Assembly (NCBI GenBank): GCA_016783455.1
Contig: JADHWN010000006.1
Span: forward strand, 6,142 to 70,141
Length of the DNA: 64,000 bases
Direction of reading: 5' to 3'
From: Candidatus Bathyarchaeota archaeon
GTDB lineage: Archaea; Thermoproteota; Bathyarchaeia; TCS64
Shown piece after piece: positions 17,742 to 26,269 of the stretch. The notes under the pieces were generated by a model, which made no database searches, was not told the origin of the DNA, and was given only the letters and a program-made list of their open reading frames with translations. Each line of letters begins with the position of its first letter. Position 1 is the first letter of the stretch. The position numbers and the translations under genes were made by a program.

Positions 17742-18224
17742 TCAGGTCTTGTAGCCGAACTTTCTCAGTATCTCCTTTCTCCACTTGACGCCTTCCTCGT
17801 CCTCGACGCCGAGAGGGCTCTGGCCATCTATGACCCCCAGGATGCCCCTCCCCTGCTCCGTCTCGGCGACGACGACCTCCAAGGGGTTGGCCGTGGCGGC
17901 GTAGATGGTGCAGACCTCGGGTACTATCTTGATCTGGTTGAGGACGTTGATGGGGAAGGCGTCCCTCAGGAGCACCACGAAGCTGTGGCCGCATCCCAAT
18001 CTAAGGGCGTTCTCCGCGGCGACGTCTTTTAGGTCTTCGTCGTTCCCCTCCACCCTCACGAGGCGCTCTCCTGAGGACTCGCAGAACGCAAGGCCGAACT
18101 TCACGCCCGGCGTGGAGGTGGTCATGGCCTCGTAGACGTCCTCCACCGTCTTGATGAAGTGGCTCTGACCGAGGATGAGGTTGCAGCCCTCGGGGGTCTC
18201 CATCTGTACAACCTTGAGCTCCAT
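17742..18224 (-). CDS. Adenosine-specific kinase family protein (PF04008/DUF355-like)
   Basis: GQSHFIKTVEDVYEA, FPINVLNQIKIVPEVCTIYAATANP and GRGILGVIDG are strongly conserved archaeal family signatures as I recall them. Confidence 0.7.
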   Translation of the reverse strand: MELKVVQMETPEGCNLILGQSHFIKTVEDVYEAMTTSTPGVKFGLAFCESSGERLVRVEGNDEDLKDVAAENALRLGCGHSFVVLLRDAFPINVLNQIKIVPEVCTIYAATANPLEVVVAETEQGRGILGVIDGQSPLGVEDEEGVKWRKEILRKFGYKT

Positions 18225-18312
18225 GTCTCACTCGGGGACTGATCAGGCTCAGGGGCCATATGAGGGTTACGACCTGTGACAAACATATTAAGACGCCATA
18301 GGAGAGGATCTC

Positions 18313-18966
18313 ATGATGTCAAGGGAGAGGCGCCGCAAGAGGTCTGAGGATCTGCAACGTGATCTTCCGCGGCTCAGCTGGGGTGACGTCCCCCACAGCG
18401 TCGCCCCCTACGTCCCGACGCCTCACAACGTCGTCGATACGATGCTCACCCTGACCCATGCGAATTCTGATGACGTGGTCTACGACCTGGGGTGTGGCGA
18501 CGGGAGAATCCTATTAGCAGCCGTCGAGGACTTCGGAGCCAAGAAGGCGGTGGGCTACGACCTCAACCCCAAGATGTGCGGCATGGTGAGGCTCAAGGTC
18601 CACGAGAAGGGGTTGAGAGACCGCATCGAGGTGGTGAACGGCAACTTCTTTCTGGCGGACCTCTCGGGCGCCTCGGTGGTCACCCTCTACCTGACGACCT
18701 CGGGAAACTCCAAGCTGAGGCCCAAGCTCGAGGAGGAGCTGGCGCCGGGGTCCAGGGTCGTGAGCCACGACTTCCCCATCCACGGCTGGACCACGGTCAA
18801 AAAGGAGCCGCCTGAGCACTACGTCGTGGGCTCCCACAAGATATACGTCTACTCCATCCCCGAGGCCTACGATCAGAAGTCCTCCATCCTCAGGTCCAAG
18901 GAGGAGGATGGACGATGGAGAAGGATAAGGGATCTATTCGTCAGAGAAAGAAGAGAGCGCCCCTAG
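18313..18966 (+). CDS. Class I SAM-dependent methyltransferase, aKMT-like (putative protein lysine methyltransferase) with basic N- and C-terminal tails
   Basis: YVPTPHNVVDTML..VYDLGCGDGRILL..VVNGNFF..LRPKLEEELAPGSRVVSHDF. Tails are RERRRKR (N-terminal) and RRIRDLFVRERRERP (C-terminal). Confidence 0.65.
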   Translation: MMSRERRRKRSEDLQRDLPRLSWGDVPHSVAPYVPTPHNVVDTMLTLTHANSDDVVYDLGCGDGRILLAAVEDFGAKKAVGYDLNPKMCGMVRLKVHEKGLRDRIEVVNGNFFLADLSGASVVTLYLTTSGNSKLRPKLEEELAPGSRVVSHDFPIHGWTTVKKEPPEHYVVGSHKIYVYSIPEAYDQKSSILRSKEEDGRWRRIRDLFVRERRERP

Positions 18967-19892
18967 AGGACGCCAAGCGCAAGGCCGATAATAGCCATCC
19001 TCGCGTAGATGCCGTGCTTCACCTGCCTGAAGTACCAGGCGTTGGGCAGGGGATCCACGTCGGCTGCGATCTCGTTTATCCTGGGCAGGGGGTGCATGAC
19101 CACAACGTCCTTCTTCCCCTTCTTCAGTAGGTCGGCGTTCACGATGTAGGCGTCCTTCACCTTCTCGTACTCCGCAGGGTCCGCGAACCTCTCCTTCTGC
19201 ACCCTGGTGACGTACATGACGTCGAGTTCGGGGAGCACGCTCTTCAGGTCGTTGGTCTCGCTGATCTCGATCCTGCCTCCAGTACCCTCTATGACGTCGG
19301 TCTTCATCTTCAGCTGATCGGGGCTGATGAGCTTGACCTTGACGTCGAAGTGCCTCAGGGCGAGCAGGAGGCTGTGGACCGTCCTCCCGTGCTTGAGATC
19401 GCCTATCATGCCGATGGTGTTGCCGTCGATCCTGCCCTTGGCGTACCTCATGCAGTGGAGGTCGAGCATTGTCTGGGTGGGATGCTCCCAGGTGCCGCTC
19501 CCACCGTTGATGTACGGGATCTTGGCGACCTTCGCAGCCCTGAGAGCTGCATCGTCGTCCGGGTGCCTCATCGCGATGATGTCGGCGTAGTTCTGGACGG
19601 TCAGGATGGTGTCCTCGAAGGTCTCACCCTTCTTAGCGCTGCTCGTCATGGGGTCCGCCACGGTCGTGACGTTCCCCCCGAGCCTGAACATCGCGGTCTC
19701 GAAGCTCAGCCTGGTCCTAGTGCTCGGCTCGAAGAAGAGGGAGGCGAGTACCTTCCCCTTACACGCGTCTGAGCCCTTCTTCTCGAGCTCGACCATCTCG
19801 TCCGCAGTGTCGAGGATGAACTCTAGCTGCTCCCGGCTGTAGTCCCTCATGCTGATGAAGTGCTTACCCTTGAAATCGGATGCTTTAACCAT
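18963..19892 (-). CDS. pyrB: Aspartate carbamoyltransferase catalytic subunit
   Basis: FFEPSTRTRLSFE, HPTQ, GDLKHGRTVHS and HPLPR motifs. No pyrI is adjacent. Confidence 0.92.
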   Translation of the reverse strand: MVKASDFKGKHFISMRDYSREQLEFILDTADEMVELEKKGSDACKGKVLASLFFEPSTRTRLSFETAMFRLGGNVTTVADPMTSSAKKGETFEDTILTVQNYADIIAMRHPDDDAALRAAKVAKIPYINGGSGTWEHPTQTMLDLHCMRYAKGRIDGNTIGMIGDLKHGRTVHSLLLALRHFDVKVKLISPDQLKMKTDVIEGTGGRIEISETNDLKSVLPELDVMYVTRVQKERFADPAEYEKVKDAYIVNADLLKKGKKDVVVMHPLPRINEIAADVDPLPNAWYFRQVKHGIYARMAIIGLALGVL

Positions 19893-19933
19893 TTACCGCA
19901 CGGTACACAAATTCTCAAGTCGACCTTAAAAGT

Positions 19934-21166
19934 GTGACCGGCCTATTTCTGGAGGACAGCATGGTTTCACTCAAGGAGATCTCGGCTAAGGTTGACGAGC
20001 GCCGGGAGGAGGCCATCTCATTTCTCCAGGAGCTCATCAGGACCCCTAGCCCCAGCTGGGACGAGGCCGCAGCGGCGGAGGTCGTCGCGACGAAGATGAG
20101 GGGCGTAGGCTTCAATGAGGTGGGCGTGGATGAGCTGAACGATGCCACCGGGGTCATAAAGGGCGTAGGTAGCGGCCGGAACATCCTCTTCAACGGTCAC
20201 ATCGACCACGTCCCACCTGGCGAAATGCCCGAGCCATACTCAGGTGAGCTGATGGACGGTGAGCCGTTCGGTGTCAAGGGGGAGGTCGTCTACGGCAGGG
20301 CGGCGTCCGACATGAAGGGGGCCGTGGCCGCGATGGTGATGGCCGGGGGCTTGCTCAGAAGGCTTGGTGTCGTGTTGAAGGGGGACTACATGGTGGCCGC
20401 AGTGGCCCAGGAGGAGGTCGGCGGCGCAGGGACGGCTGCTACGGTTGATGCGGGCTTCCTCGGGGATGTTGTGATCATCGGGGAGGCCACGAACATGGAG
20501 ATGGCCCTTGGCCACAGGGGGAGCACCAAGGCCGAGGTGATCGTCAAGGGGAGGAGCTGCCACGCCAGCGCCCCCGAGAGGGGGATAAACGCCCTCTACA
20601 AGGCTGCAGACATCCTGGACAGGATTAGGTCCGAGCTGATCCCGGCCCTACCCGACCACCGCCTCTACGGGAAGACGACTCTGACTGCCACCCAGATCTC
20701 GGTAAAGCCAGACACGCCCAACGTGGTCCCGGAGGAGTGCAGGTTCACCCTCGACTGCAGGTACAACCCAAACTACTCGGTGAAGGCCCTTGGTGATGAT
20801 CTGGAGGCGGTCATCGCCAAAATGAAGGAGGCGGACCCAGAACTCGAAGCCGAGGTAGTGACCAGGAGGAGTTCCAGGGAGTTCACGGGATTCTACACCG
20901 ACCCCGAGGAATACAGGGAGGTCGAGGAGACCAGGCAGGCCGTGGCGGAAGTGTTAGGGCGAGAGCCTGAGCTTAAGGTCTGGCAGTTCGTCACGGATGG
21001 GCGCTTCTACTCTTGGCGGGGTCTCCCCGTCATCGGCTTTGGGCCGGGGGAGGAGAGGTCCGCTCACACCCACCAGGACTTCGTGAGGGTCGACGACTAC
21101 CTGGAGACGATCAAGGTCTACGCGTGGCTCGCCTGCGTGATCTGCGGCGTGAACGAGAAGGACTAG
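19934..21166 (+). CDS. M20 family metallopeptidase (ArgE/DapE-like deacylase)
   Basis: LFNGHIDHVPPG, GRAASDMKG, AQEEVGG and the dimerisation-domain layout. GTG start. Confidence 0.8.
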   Translation: MTGLFLEDSMVSLKEISAKVDERREEAISFLQELIRTPSPSWDEAAAAEVVATKMRGVGFNEVGVDELNDATGVIKGVGSGRNILFNGHIDHVPPGEMPEPYSGELMDGEPFGVKGEVVYGRAASDMKGAVAAMVMAGGLLRRLGVVLKGDYMVAAVAQEEVGGAGTAATVDAGFLGDVVIIGEATNMEMALGHRGSTKAEVIVKGRSCHASAPERGINALYKAADILDRIRSELIPALPDHRLYGKTTLTATQISVKPDTPNVVPEECRFTLDCRYNPNYSVKALGDDLEAVIAKMKEADPELEAEVVTRRSSREFTGFYTDPEEYREVEETRQAVAEVLGREPELKVWQFVTDGRFYSWRGLPVIGFGPGEERSAHTHQDFVRVDDYLETIKVYAWLACVICGVNEKD

Positions 21167-21567
21167 GCTTCGGGCCAGATATCCACGCGCTTGAGCATCT
21201 CGATGAGGGTCGGGGAGAGCTCATAGTCGGGGAACTCTTCAGCAGTCACCCACCGGGCGTCGAGGGCATCCGAGGCTGCCTGTAGGTCGCCACCTGTGGG
21301 GGATGCCCGGTAGTCCAGGATGACGAAGTGGAACCTGATACGACCGTCCTCTTCCCTGATAATCTTGTCGACGACGTCCAGAAGGCCCGTGATCTCCACG
21401 TCGAGCCCCGTCTCCTCCTTCGCCTCCCTGACGGCGGCATCGGAAGCCCTCTCACCTATCTCCACCATGCCCCCTGGGATGGACCAGAGGCCCTTATCGG
21501 GCTCGACGGCCCGCTTGATGATGAGGTACCTGTCCTCCTCGCTGATGAGGACGCCAACTCCCACCAT
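21163..21567 (-). CDS. NUDIX hydrolase
   Basis: Nudix box GGMVEIGERASDAAVREAKEETGL. I place the start at the internal ATG 21567 (MVGVGVLI), because the upstream 50 codons look non-coding. Confidence 0.82.
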   Translation of the reverse strand: MVGVGVLISEEDRYLIIKRAVEPDKGLWSIPGGMVEIGERASDAAVREAKEETGLDVEITGLLDVVDKIIREEDGRIRFHFVILDYRASPTGGDLQAASDALDARWVTAEEFPDYELSPTLIEMLKRVDIWPEA

Positions 21568-21697
21568 GGGCTTATCCGGGTAGAGGCGCCTGCTGCTCAA
21601 GGATGTCCCCCGTGAATGGTTGCGTACGCTCCTTAAAGAGGTGGCGGGCCCAAGACGATTTATAATGAGTCGTTCTGAAGGACGTTGGAGGGACAGC

Positions 21698-22387
21698 ATG
21701 AGGCTCCTAGTCTTCACCGACGGCGACTACGGCCTGAGGATACTTGAGAACATCCGGCTCAGGGGGCCTCGAGACTGGGAGATAACCAACGTTCCTCTCC
21801 CCGAGTCTCTACCCTCCATCGTGGAGGAGCCCGATCTCCTGGTCGACGGCCTGGTGCCAGAGGGAGCCTGGGACCTCATCCTCTTCATGGGTGAGAGCCC
21901 CTCCGCCTTCACCCTCCTACCCTCGATAGCCGCACGTTCCTCCTCTAAGGCTGTCGTCACTCCCGTGGACGACTACTCATGGCTGCCCCTGGGCCTCGAA
22001 CGGCAGGTGAGGTCGGAGCTGGACGGACTGGGCGTGGCCTCCGTCTTCCCGAGGACCTTCTGCACCCTCTCCCCCGTTGGCGTCGCACCGATCGACGAGT
22101 TCGCCGAGGTCTTCGGCCTACCCCTCCTGAAGTTGGAGGTCGAGGAGGGACGGGTGAAGAGCGTGGATGTCCTGAGGGGCGCGCCATGCGGGTCGACGTG
22201 GTTCATGGCGGAGAGACTTGTGGGTGTCGACGTGGGCGAGGCTGGGGCGAAGGCAGGGACCTTCGTCCAGATCTATCCCTGTCTGGCGTCACGGCATGTA
22301 GAGCGCCTCCTGGGAGACGCCCCCATCCATGTGGCGGGGCACATAGCCGAGAGGGCTGTGAAGAAGGCCCTGAAAGAGGATGCCTGA
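21698..22387 (+). CDS. DUF166/COG1810-like conserved archaeal protein
   Basis: MRLLVFTDGDYG.., GAPCGSTWF and IYPCLAS Cys motifs as I recall for DUF166. Start placed at ATG 21698. Confidence 0.5.
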   Translation: MRLLVFTDGDYGLRILENIRLRGPRDWEITNVPLPESLPSIVEEPDLLVDGLVPEGAWDLILFMGESPSAFTLLPSIAARSSSKAVVTPVDDYSWLPLGLERQVRSELDGLGVASVFPRTFCTLSPVGVAPIDEFAEVFGLPLLKLEVEEGRVKSVDVLRGAPCGSTWFMAERLVGVDVGEAGAKAGTFVQIYPCLASRHVERLLGDAPIHVAGHIAERAVKKALKEDA

Positions 22388-22398
22388 ACACGTTCTGG

Positions 22399-23937
22399 TC
22401 AGCTGTCGTCCGCTAGGATGGGTATCTCTGACACTTGTCTCGAGGCGAGCTCCATGTGGACGAAACGGCTCATAGGGGTCGTCGTTGATGACGCCGGGTA
22501 GACCTCGGGGAGCACCTTCACCCAGATGGGGAACCTGAACTTCAGCGCCGTCCCCTTGACGACCGCCTCCCCCTGGGGCAGGTCCCCGATGAGCTTCGAG
22601 AACTCGTCCCCCACGATCTCCGCCAGCCTCTGCCTGTCCAGGTCCTCCAGGCTGTGGCATATGATGTTGTTGGCGCATTGGGTCACCACAGTCTTATCCA
22701 CGGTCGCCAGGCGCTGGGTGACGATCCAGAGGCCGACCCCGTTCCTGCCGCCGTTGGTGGCGATCTCCTTCACCACCCCGAGGAGCCTCCCCCGGGTATC
22801 CTTATCCCCGACATCAAATACTCCCCGCTGGGGAGCGTAGTACATCGCCTCCTCGAGGACGATGACGCAACCGAACTTCCTGTTCTCCAGGGCCTCCCCG
22901 AAGATCCGCCTGAGGACCTGGGCGACGACGAGGTGCTTCTGGGCCCAGGTGTCCCTTCCCCTGGAGATGTCCATGATTACGACGTGGCGTGAGGAGAGGA
23001 GCTCCACCGGGTCCAGGGGCTGGAGGGTGCCGTCGGGGATCAGCTTGGAACCCCCCACGGCGATATGCACCTGCTGCCTGTAGCTCTCGAACTCGTCCTC
23101 CTTCTTCTTGAATCCCAGGGAGTCCCCGCTGACGTAGCCGACGGCTCTCCTCAGGCTCTCCTTGGTCACCTGGGCCGCCTGGGCGTAGAGAATCTTCAGG
23201 GCCTTCACCAGTATCTTGGCGTTCCACCAGGTCTTCTGCCAGCCGAACTCCGCGACGTAGTCCTCCCACGGGATGTCCGAGGGCTGGAAGAAGCGCTCCC
23301 AGGGGACCTTGAGCACCCTCTCCGCCCCGAGGCGCTCCACGAGGCTCGTGTACTCCCCGTCCTTGTCGACTACGAAGAACCTCACGGGGGGGTCAAGCAT
23401 CGCCGCCCTCGCCACCATGGAGACCGCCGTGGTGGTCTTCCCCGTCCCCACCGCCCCGCAGATGAGGGCGCTCTGCCTGATGAGGGGGTAGACGCCGAGC
23501 TCCACGTCGAGGTCGGTGCTCGGGTCGGTGCCTAGGAGGAGCTTCCATTCGCCGTTTGGCTTCGTGAACTTGGCGATGACGTCCCTCTCGGCGTGTTGGA
23601 CGGGGGTGTTTGGCGCGAGGGGGTGCCGGAGGGGCCTGAGGCTGCCGTCCCCGTCTATCCACCCCCACTGGTAGGCGTTGGCGTGGAGCGTGGTGTCATC
23701 GGCGTCCCCGATGATGCGGCCCTCCCTGAGGAGGGTCTCGTCGTAATCCCTCACCCTCTTGTGGGGGTAGACCTCTGTGACCTGGTAGACCACAGGGGAG
23801 CCGTTCTTGGGGTGCTCCACGTGGACGAGCTCCCCCATGGCGATCTCCTCCCCCCTCAGGAGGACGATGGTAAGCTCGTTGAGCCTGTATTCACCGTTCT
23901 CGCTGTAGGTGTAGCCGACCGTCAAGCCCCGAGCCAT
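22399..23937 (-). CDS. herA: HerA-like (DUF87, FtsK/HerA superfamily) ATPase
   Basis: N-terminal HAS-barrel-like region (GELVHVEHP..VVYQVTEVY). Walker A GAVGTGKTT and Walker B CVIVLEEA. Overlaps the upstream nurA by 16 nt. Confidence 0.8.
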   Translation of the reverse strand: MARGLTVGYTYSENGEYRLNELTIVLLRGEEIAMGELVHVEHPKNGSPVVYQVTEVYPHKRVRDYDETLLREGRIIGDADDTTLHANAYQWGWIDGDGSLRPLRHPLAPNTPVQHAERDVIAKFTKPNGEWKLLLGTDPSTDLDVELGVYPLIRQSALICGAVGTGKTTTAVSMVARAAMLDPPVRFFVVDKDGEYTSLVERLGAERVLKVPWERFFQPSDIPWEDYVAEFGWQKTWWNAKILVKALKILYAQAAQVTKESLRRAVGYVSGDSLGFKKKEDEFESYRQQVHIAVGGSKLIPDGTLQPLDPVELLSSRHVVIMDISRGRDTWAQKHLVVAQVLRRIFGEALENRKFGCVIVLEEAMYYAPQRGVFDVGDKDTRGRLLGVVKEIATNGGRNGVGLWIVTQRLATVDKTVVTQCANNIICHSLEDLDRQRLAEIVGDEFSKLIGDLPQGEAVVKGTALKFRFPIWVKVLPEVYPASSTTTPMSRFVHMELASRQVSEIPILADDS

Positions 23938-24980
23938 CCTCCCTCTCCCCAGTATGGCGCCAGGTGGGAGATCTCCCCAGAAGAGCGGCTCACCCTCCCG
24001 ACGATGTCCCCGTAGACTCCGCTGATGAAGCGCTTGGAGACCTTGACCTCCTCGTCGGCCTTCACGATGGGCAGGGGTATCCCCTCCCAGAAGCTGGAGC
24101 CGTAGCAGTAGTCGGCTATCTCCCCCAGCTCACCGAGGCAGAAGGCGGGGGCGTCGATCCTGATGGGGGGTATCGACCACTCATTGGAGGTCCTGGCGTA
24201 GAACGAGTAGATCGGGGACTCAAGGGCGTCCATGAAAGGTGAGACCCTCACCGCCTTCCGTATCGCTGAACGCGGCGAGAATATGTCGGTCCTCTCCCCG
24301 ACCTTCAGTGTCTGGAGCATCAGGAAGGAGTCAGGCAGGTCGGTCTGGTTCTGGAGCCCCAGGTCGTAGACCAGATAGCGGGCGGAGGGGCGCTTCACTA
24401 TCCCGGCGACGGCCACGCCCTCCTCCCTGCACATGTCCAGGAGCCCATTGACGGCGGATATGAGCCTCCTCCTGTCCTCCTCCCGCCCCGCCATGCTCCA
24501 CCAGTTGCTGAAGGCCAGGGGGCCGTCGACGAGGAGCAGCTCGACATCGGGGTGCCCCTTGACGAAGTGCAGCGCGGTCTCGAAGAGCTTCGCCTCCCGT
24601 CTCACGTTCACGACACCGTTCATCTCAGGGACGTCGGAGTAGGGGAAGGACATGGACTCCGGCTGGAGGAAGTGCCTTGAGCCCGCCGGCAGGGTGTAGA
24701 CGAGGGCGCTGATGACAGCGTACCTCCTCGAGGCGAGGGGAAGGATCTGGCTCCCGGCGTCAGCCCCTGCCACGAAACTATAAGGCTCGCGCTTGCCCAT
24801 CGTGTAGAGAGTGAGATCATCCCTTAGTTTTTCGGCTAATTCAGCGATGGCGGGCGAGCTCCGCTCAACGTCGGCGCTGACACGCTCCAGGAGCAGGTCC
24901 CTGATGGCGAGGCAGAGGTTATGGAGGGGCTTACCGACCTCGACGACTTCCTCCTCCACCTTTTCGCGTAGTATCTGCAC
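23922..24980 (-). CDS. nurA: NurA-like nuclease
   Basis: FVAGADAGSQ catalytic-Asp region, LLLVDGPLAF, and the size plus gene order nurA-herA. Confidence 0.7.
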   Translation of the reverse strand: MQILREKVEEEVVEVGKPLHNLCLAIRDLLLERVSADVERSSPAIAELAEKLRDDLTLYTMGKREPYSFVAGADAGSQILPLASRRYAVISALVYTLPAGSRHFLQPESMSFPYSDVPEMNGVVNVRREAKLFETALHFVKGHPDVELLLVDGPLAFSNWWSMAGREEDRRRLISAVNGLLDMCREEGVAVAGIVKRPSARYLVYDLGLQNQTDLPDSFLMLQTLKVGERTDIFSPRSAIRKAVRVSPFMDALESPIYSFYARTSNEWSIPPIRIDAPAFCLGELGEIADYCYGSSFWEGIPLPIVKADEEVKVSKRFISGVYGDIVGRVSRSSGEISHLAPYWGEGGWLGA

Positions 24981-24995
24981 CCGTCCCCGCCCCCA

Positions 24996-25008
24996 GAAAA
25001 ACCGTTTA
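24996..25008. promoter_or_regulatory. Palindromic element GAAAAACCGTTTA (AAAC-C-GTTT) between the nurA start and its TATA-like box
   Basis: A related copy lies at 25068-25082. A TATA-like ggTATTTAAATcc at 25030-25042 is suitably placed for the minus-strand nurA-herA operon. Confidence 0.35.
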
Positions 25009-25067
25009 CATACAACACTTTTTTTCTAAGGTATTTAAATCCTGTGATTATTTCGAGCTTAATTTCT

Positions 25068-25093
25068 GAAAAACCCGGTTTAGTATATAAAGG
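25068..25093 (+). promoter_or_regulatory. Palindromic element GAAAAACCCGGTTTA abutting the TATA-like box GTATATAAAGG of the wHTH operon
   Basis: AAACC-C-GGTTT palindrome at 25068-25082, immediately 5' of TATATAAA (25083-25093). A second TATA-like TTAATAA at about 25151 is closer to the start. Confidence 0.35.
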
Positions 25094-25186
25094 AAGAAAT
25101 TATTACGCTCAATATCAAACTCCATAAAATTGGGCACCCAAAAGCAAAGTTAATAAGAAGATCGAAAAAGTGTAGGTTGACCCGAA

Positions 25187-25432
25187 TTGACCGAGGAATA
25201 CACCCTCCGGGAGAAGGTTTTCCGGACCTTTTTGAAGCAGCCGAGTCTTGGCCCAAGCGAGATGGCCGAGCACCTAGGGGCCAAGTACAACTCCGTAAAG
25301 GCCGCCTATGCGAAGCTCTCAGATGAGGGCCTCCTGATGCGTAGGGGGCGCGGCAGCTATTCGCCGAACGTCCCGGGTATCCTCCTCCATCTAATGGACA
25401 GGGTCGAGGCCCAGGAGAAAGGGTCGAAATAG
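25187..25432 (+). CDS. Small winged-helix protein P1 (81 aa), first of five tandem paralogs
   Basis: LREKVFRTFLKQPSLGPSEMAEHLGAKYNSVKAAYAKLSDEGLLMRRGRGSY has the wHTH layout. TTG start, so the start is uncertain. Confidence 0.55.
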   Translation: MTEEYTLREKVFRTFLKQPSLGPSEMAEHLGAKYNSVKAAYAKLSDEGLLMRRGRGSYSPNVPGILLHLMDRVEAQEKGSK

Positions 25433-25444
25433 GAGTGGATCGAA

Positions 25445-25714
25445 ATGTCTAGTCTGCTTGATAAGGCCCTAAAGGACCTGAGGCCGGGGACCAGCCAGTT
25501 CAAGGTGCTGGTCTACCTCGCCTTCAAGGGCCCAGCCTCCCCGAACCAGATCAGCGAGGAGACGGGGATCTCCCCGGGCACCGTCCGTCCGGCCCTCAGG
25601 GCCCTCCTAGTGAAGAAGTACCTGAACCAGAGGCGGGACGGCTCGTACCAGTCGAAGATCGCCTTCACCGACTTCGTGTCCGACATCTACCTGAACTACA
25701 TCCGGAAGCAGTGA
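25445..25714 (+). CDS. Small winged-helix protein P2 (89 aa)
   Basis: SQFKVLVYLAFKGPASPNQISEETGISPGTVRPALRALLVKKYLNQRRDGSY. GGAG SD, and a 12-nt gap after P1. Confidence 0.7.
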   Translation: MSSLLDKALKDLRPGTSQFKVLVYLAFKGPASPNQISEETGISPGTVRPALRALLVKKYLNQRRDGSYQSKIAFTDFVSDIYLNYIRKQ

Positions 25715-25730
25715 GCGGGAGCCGGTGACC

Positions 25731-25988
25731 ATGAGCGGATCCGAGGAGCTTGACGGACTGAGGCGGGCTGAGAGCCAGCGAGAGGTCCTGCTCCTCCTCG
25801 TGGAGAGGGGGGAGGCGATGTCCTCCAAGGACGTGGCGGAGGCCCTGGGCCTCACCGTGAACGCCGTGAACATAGCCCTCTTCAACCTCTTCAACAAGGG
25901 GCTCGTGGACAGGGTCTCCAGGGGGATCTACAGGTACAAGATGGGGCCCATCCTCGTGAAGCTCCTAGAGCAGTACCTTGAGAGGTAG
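25731..25988 (+). CDS. Small winged-helix protein P3 (about 85 aa)
   Basis: SQREVLLLLVERGEAMSSKDVAEALGLTVNAVNIALFNLFNKGLVDRVSRGIYRY. ATG 25731, with GTG 25725 also possible. Confidence 0.7.
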   Translation: MSGSEELDGLRRAESQREVLLLLVERGEAMSSKDVAEALGLTVNAVNIALFNLFNKGLVDRVSRGIYRYKMGPILVKLLEQYLER

Positions 25989-25992
25989 AGAC

Positions 25993-26253
25993 ATGCCCGT
26001 GGACAACGAGAAGCTCGATGCCCTGAAGCTGCGGACGTCGGCATTCAAGGTCCTCTGCTTCCTCGCATTCAAGGACGGCGCCCTGAAGCCCTCGGAGATC
26101 GCCGAAGGCACCGGGGAGAAGCCCTCGACGGTCCGGGCGCGCCTCACGGAGCTGAAGGCCTCGGGCCTCGTGGAATCAAGACCAAGGGGATGGGTCTCCG
26201 CTGTAAGACCCTACGATATACTCATGAAGATGTATCGAGAATTAAGGACGTAG
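25993..26253 (+). CDS. Small winged-helix protein P4 (about 86 aa)
   Basis: SAFKVLCFLAFKDGALKPSEIAEGTGEKPSTVRARLTELKASGLVESRPRGW is a clear paralog of P2. The ATG is 4 nt after the P3 stop, and GAGAGGT acts as the SD. Confidence 0.7.
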   Translation: MPVDNEKLDALKLRTSAFKVLCFLAFKDGALKPSEIAEGTGEKPSTVRARLTELKASGLVESRPRGWVSAVRPYDILMKMYRELRT

Positions 26254-26269
26254 AAGAGTTGACTGAAGC

